64,000 nucleotides of DNA, taken from contig OZ024742.1 in the NCBI GenBank assembly GCA_964016885.1, forward strand, positions 147,808,001 through 147,872,000, given 5' to 3'. Both the position numbers and the translations under genes were made by a program. Source of the DNA: Eledone cirrhosa (Eukaryota). Shown in pieces: positions 63,000 through 64,000 of the stretch (position 1 is its first letter; every line of letters starts with the position of its first letter). Under the pieces are notes generated by a model that saw nothing but the letters and a program-made list of their open reading frames with translations, was not told the origin of the DNA and did no database searches.

Positions 63000-63535
63000 A
63001 CATGAGAAGTTTACTTATGACAGTGCATAAATATTTTTAAATTACAGAAATATAGAAACAATTATCTGTATGTTCCTTCCTCAATAAAAATATATCCTTT
63101 GAAATGAACAGTGACTGTATGACGCCTGTGTGTGATGTTGCATGGTAATGAAACATTAGTGACTGCAGAAGACATGACTGGAGAGAAATGAAGCAGCCAT
63201 GCTTTTTTGGATTTGCAATGTAAAAGTGAGAGAAAGGCAGAGCTTGGATGAACTGAGGGAGAAGCTGGGTTTAAGAGTAATCCGAGGTGGTGTGCAGAAG
63301 AGAAGACTGCATTGGTATGGACATGTGATGTGCATGGATGATGATTGATGGGTGAAGAAGTGCCAGGAAATGGCAGTGGAATGAAGCCACAGTAGAGGTT
63401 GTGTGAGCTACCTCAAATCGTTGAGATTCACAAAGGAGATGACAAAGAAACATGGCGAGTAGAGAGATGCTGTGTTGAGAAGAACTCGTCCAACCCATGC
63501 AAGCATGGAAAAACGGATGTAATGATGATGATTGT
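63000..63535 (+). mobile_element. Degenerate RTE 3' fragment
   Basis: YDACV...LERNE...ELREKLG...RLHWYGHV; tail CCCATGCAAGCATGGAAAAACGGATGTAATGATGATG. Confidence 0.75.
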
Positions 63536-64000
63536 ATTGTAGTGAGACATGAACACTGAATATAGATGATGTAAGAAGGCAGGAAAAAAATGAAGTGAGC
63601 ATGCTTTGCTGGAAGTGTAAATATTAAAGTGTGTGAATTTTGAGGCAGAGAGGAGTTGAAAGAAAAACAAGACAAAGTTCTTATCCAACTGACCAAGAGA
63701 ATAGAACTCTTCATACCAACTAACTCAAAACCATCTTTGGTTCTATGAAACAAAACCACCCATTTCAAGGGATTCCCTTTTAAGTTGAAACCTTCTAACA
63801 TTTGAATTCCTTTTTAAGTTGAAACATTCTAACTTATGTTACAATACCATCTTTATGAAATAATTAATAATTAAAATAAATCCCTCCAAATTCTTCATTA
63901 ATTCAAATAGGGTGTATTTCATAACGTTAAACCTTAAATATAAATAATAGAATGCTCCTCTAACTCAATGACATCATACAATCAGTTAAACATGAACATT

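Overview
AT-rich, microsatellite- and retroelement-dense animal genomic DNA. The repeat inventory (RTE LINEs ending in ...GCATGGAAGATGGACGTTAAACGATGATGATG, Meta- and Ceph-type SINEs, TA-targeted Penelope-like elements) suggests an octopod cephalopod (inference). I assembled two convergent spliced genes by hand. IPMK (+ strand) has 5 coding exons at 10707-30784, giving 320 aa. A RASSF2/4-like RA+SARAH gene (- strand) runs from 62707 to its stop at 36154, with its 5' end outside the window. Mobile content: two Naiad-like Penelope elements, each with a hammerhead ribozyme in its 3' pLTR; a three-level nested RTE complex; a CR1; a non-autonomous Helitron; a CRE-type fragment; MITEs and SINEs. Most notable: (1) a 139-aa His/Gly/Cys-repeat ORF inside a RASSF intron whose repeat variation is all synonymous, and whose frame continues past two stop codons to an in-phase splice donor; (2) a hammerhead with a 116-nt helix II, plus a separate half-ribozyme and an antisense copy, all in one IPMK intron; (3) candidate internal promoters and alternative exons of the RASSF gene. 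All calls come from manual reading; no searches were run.
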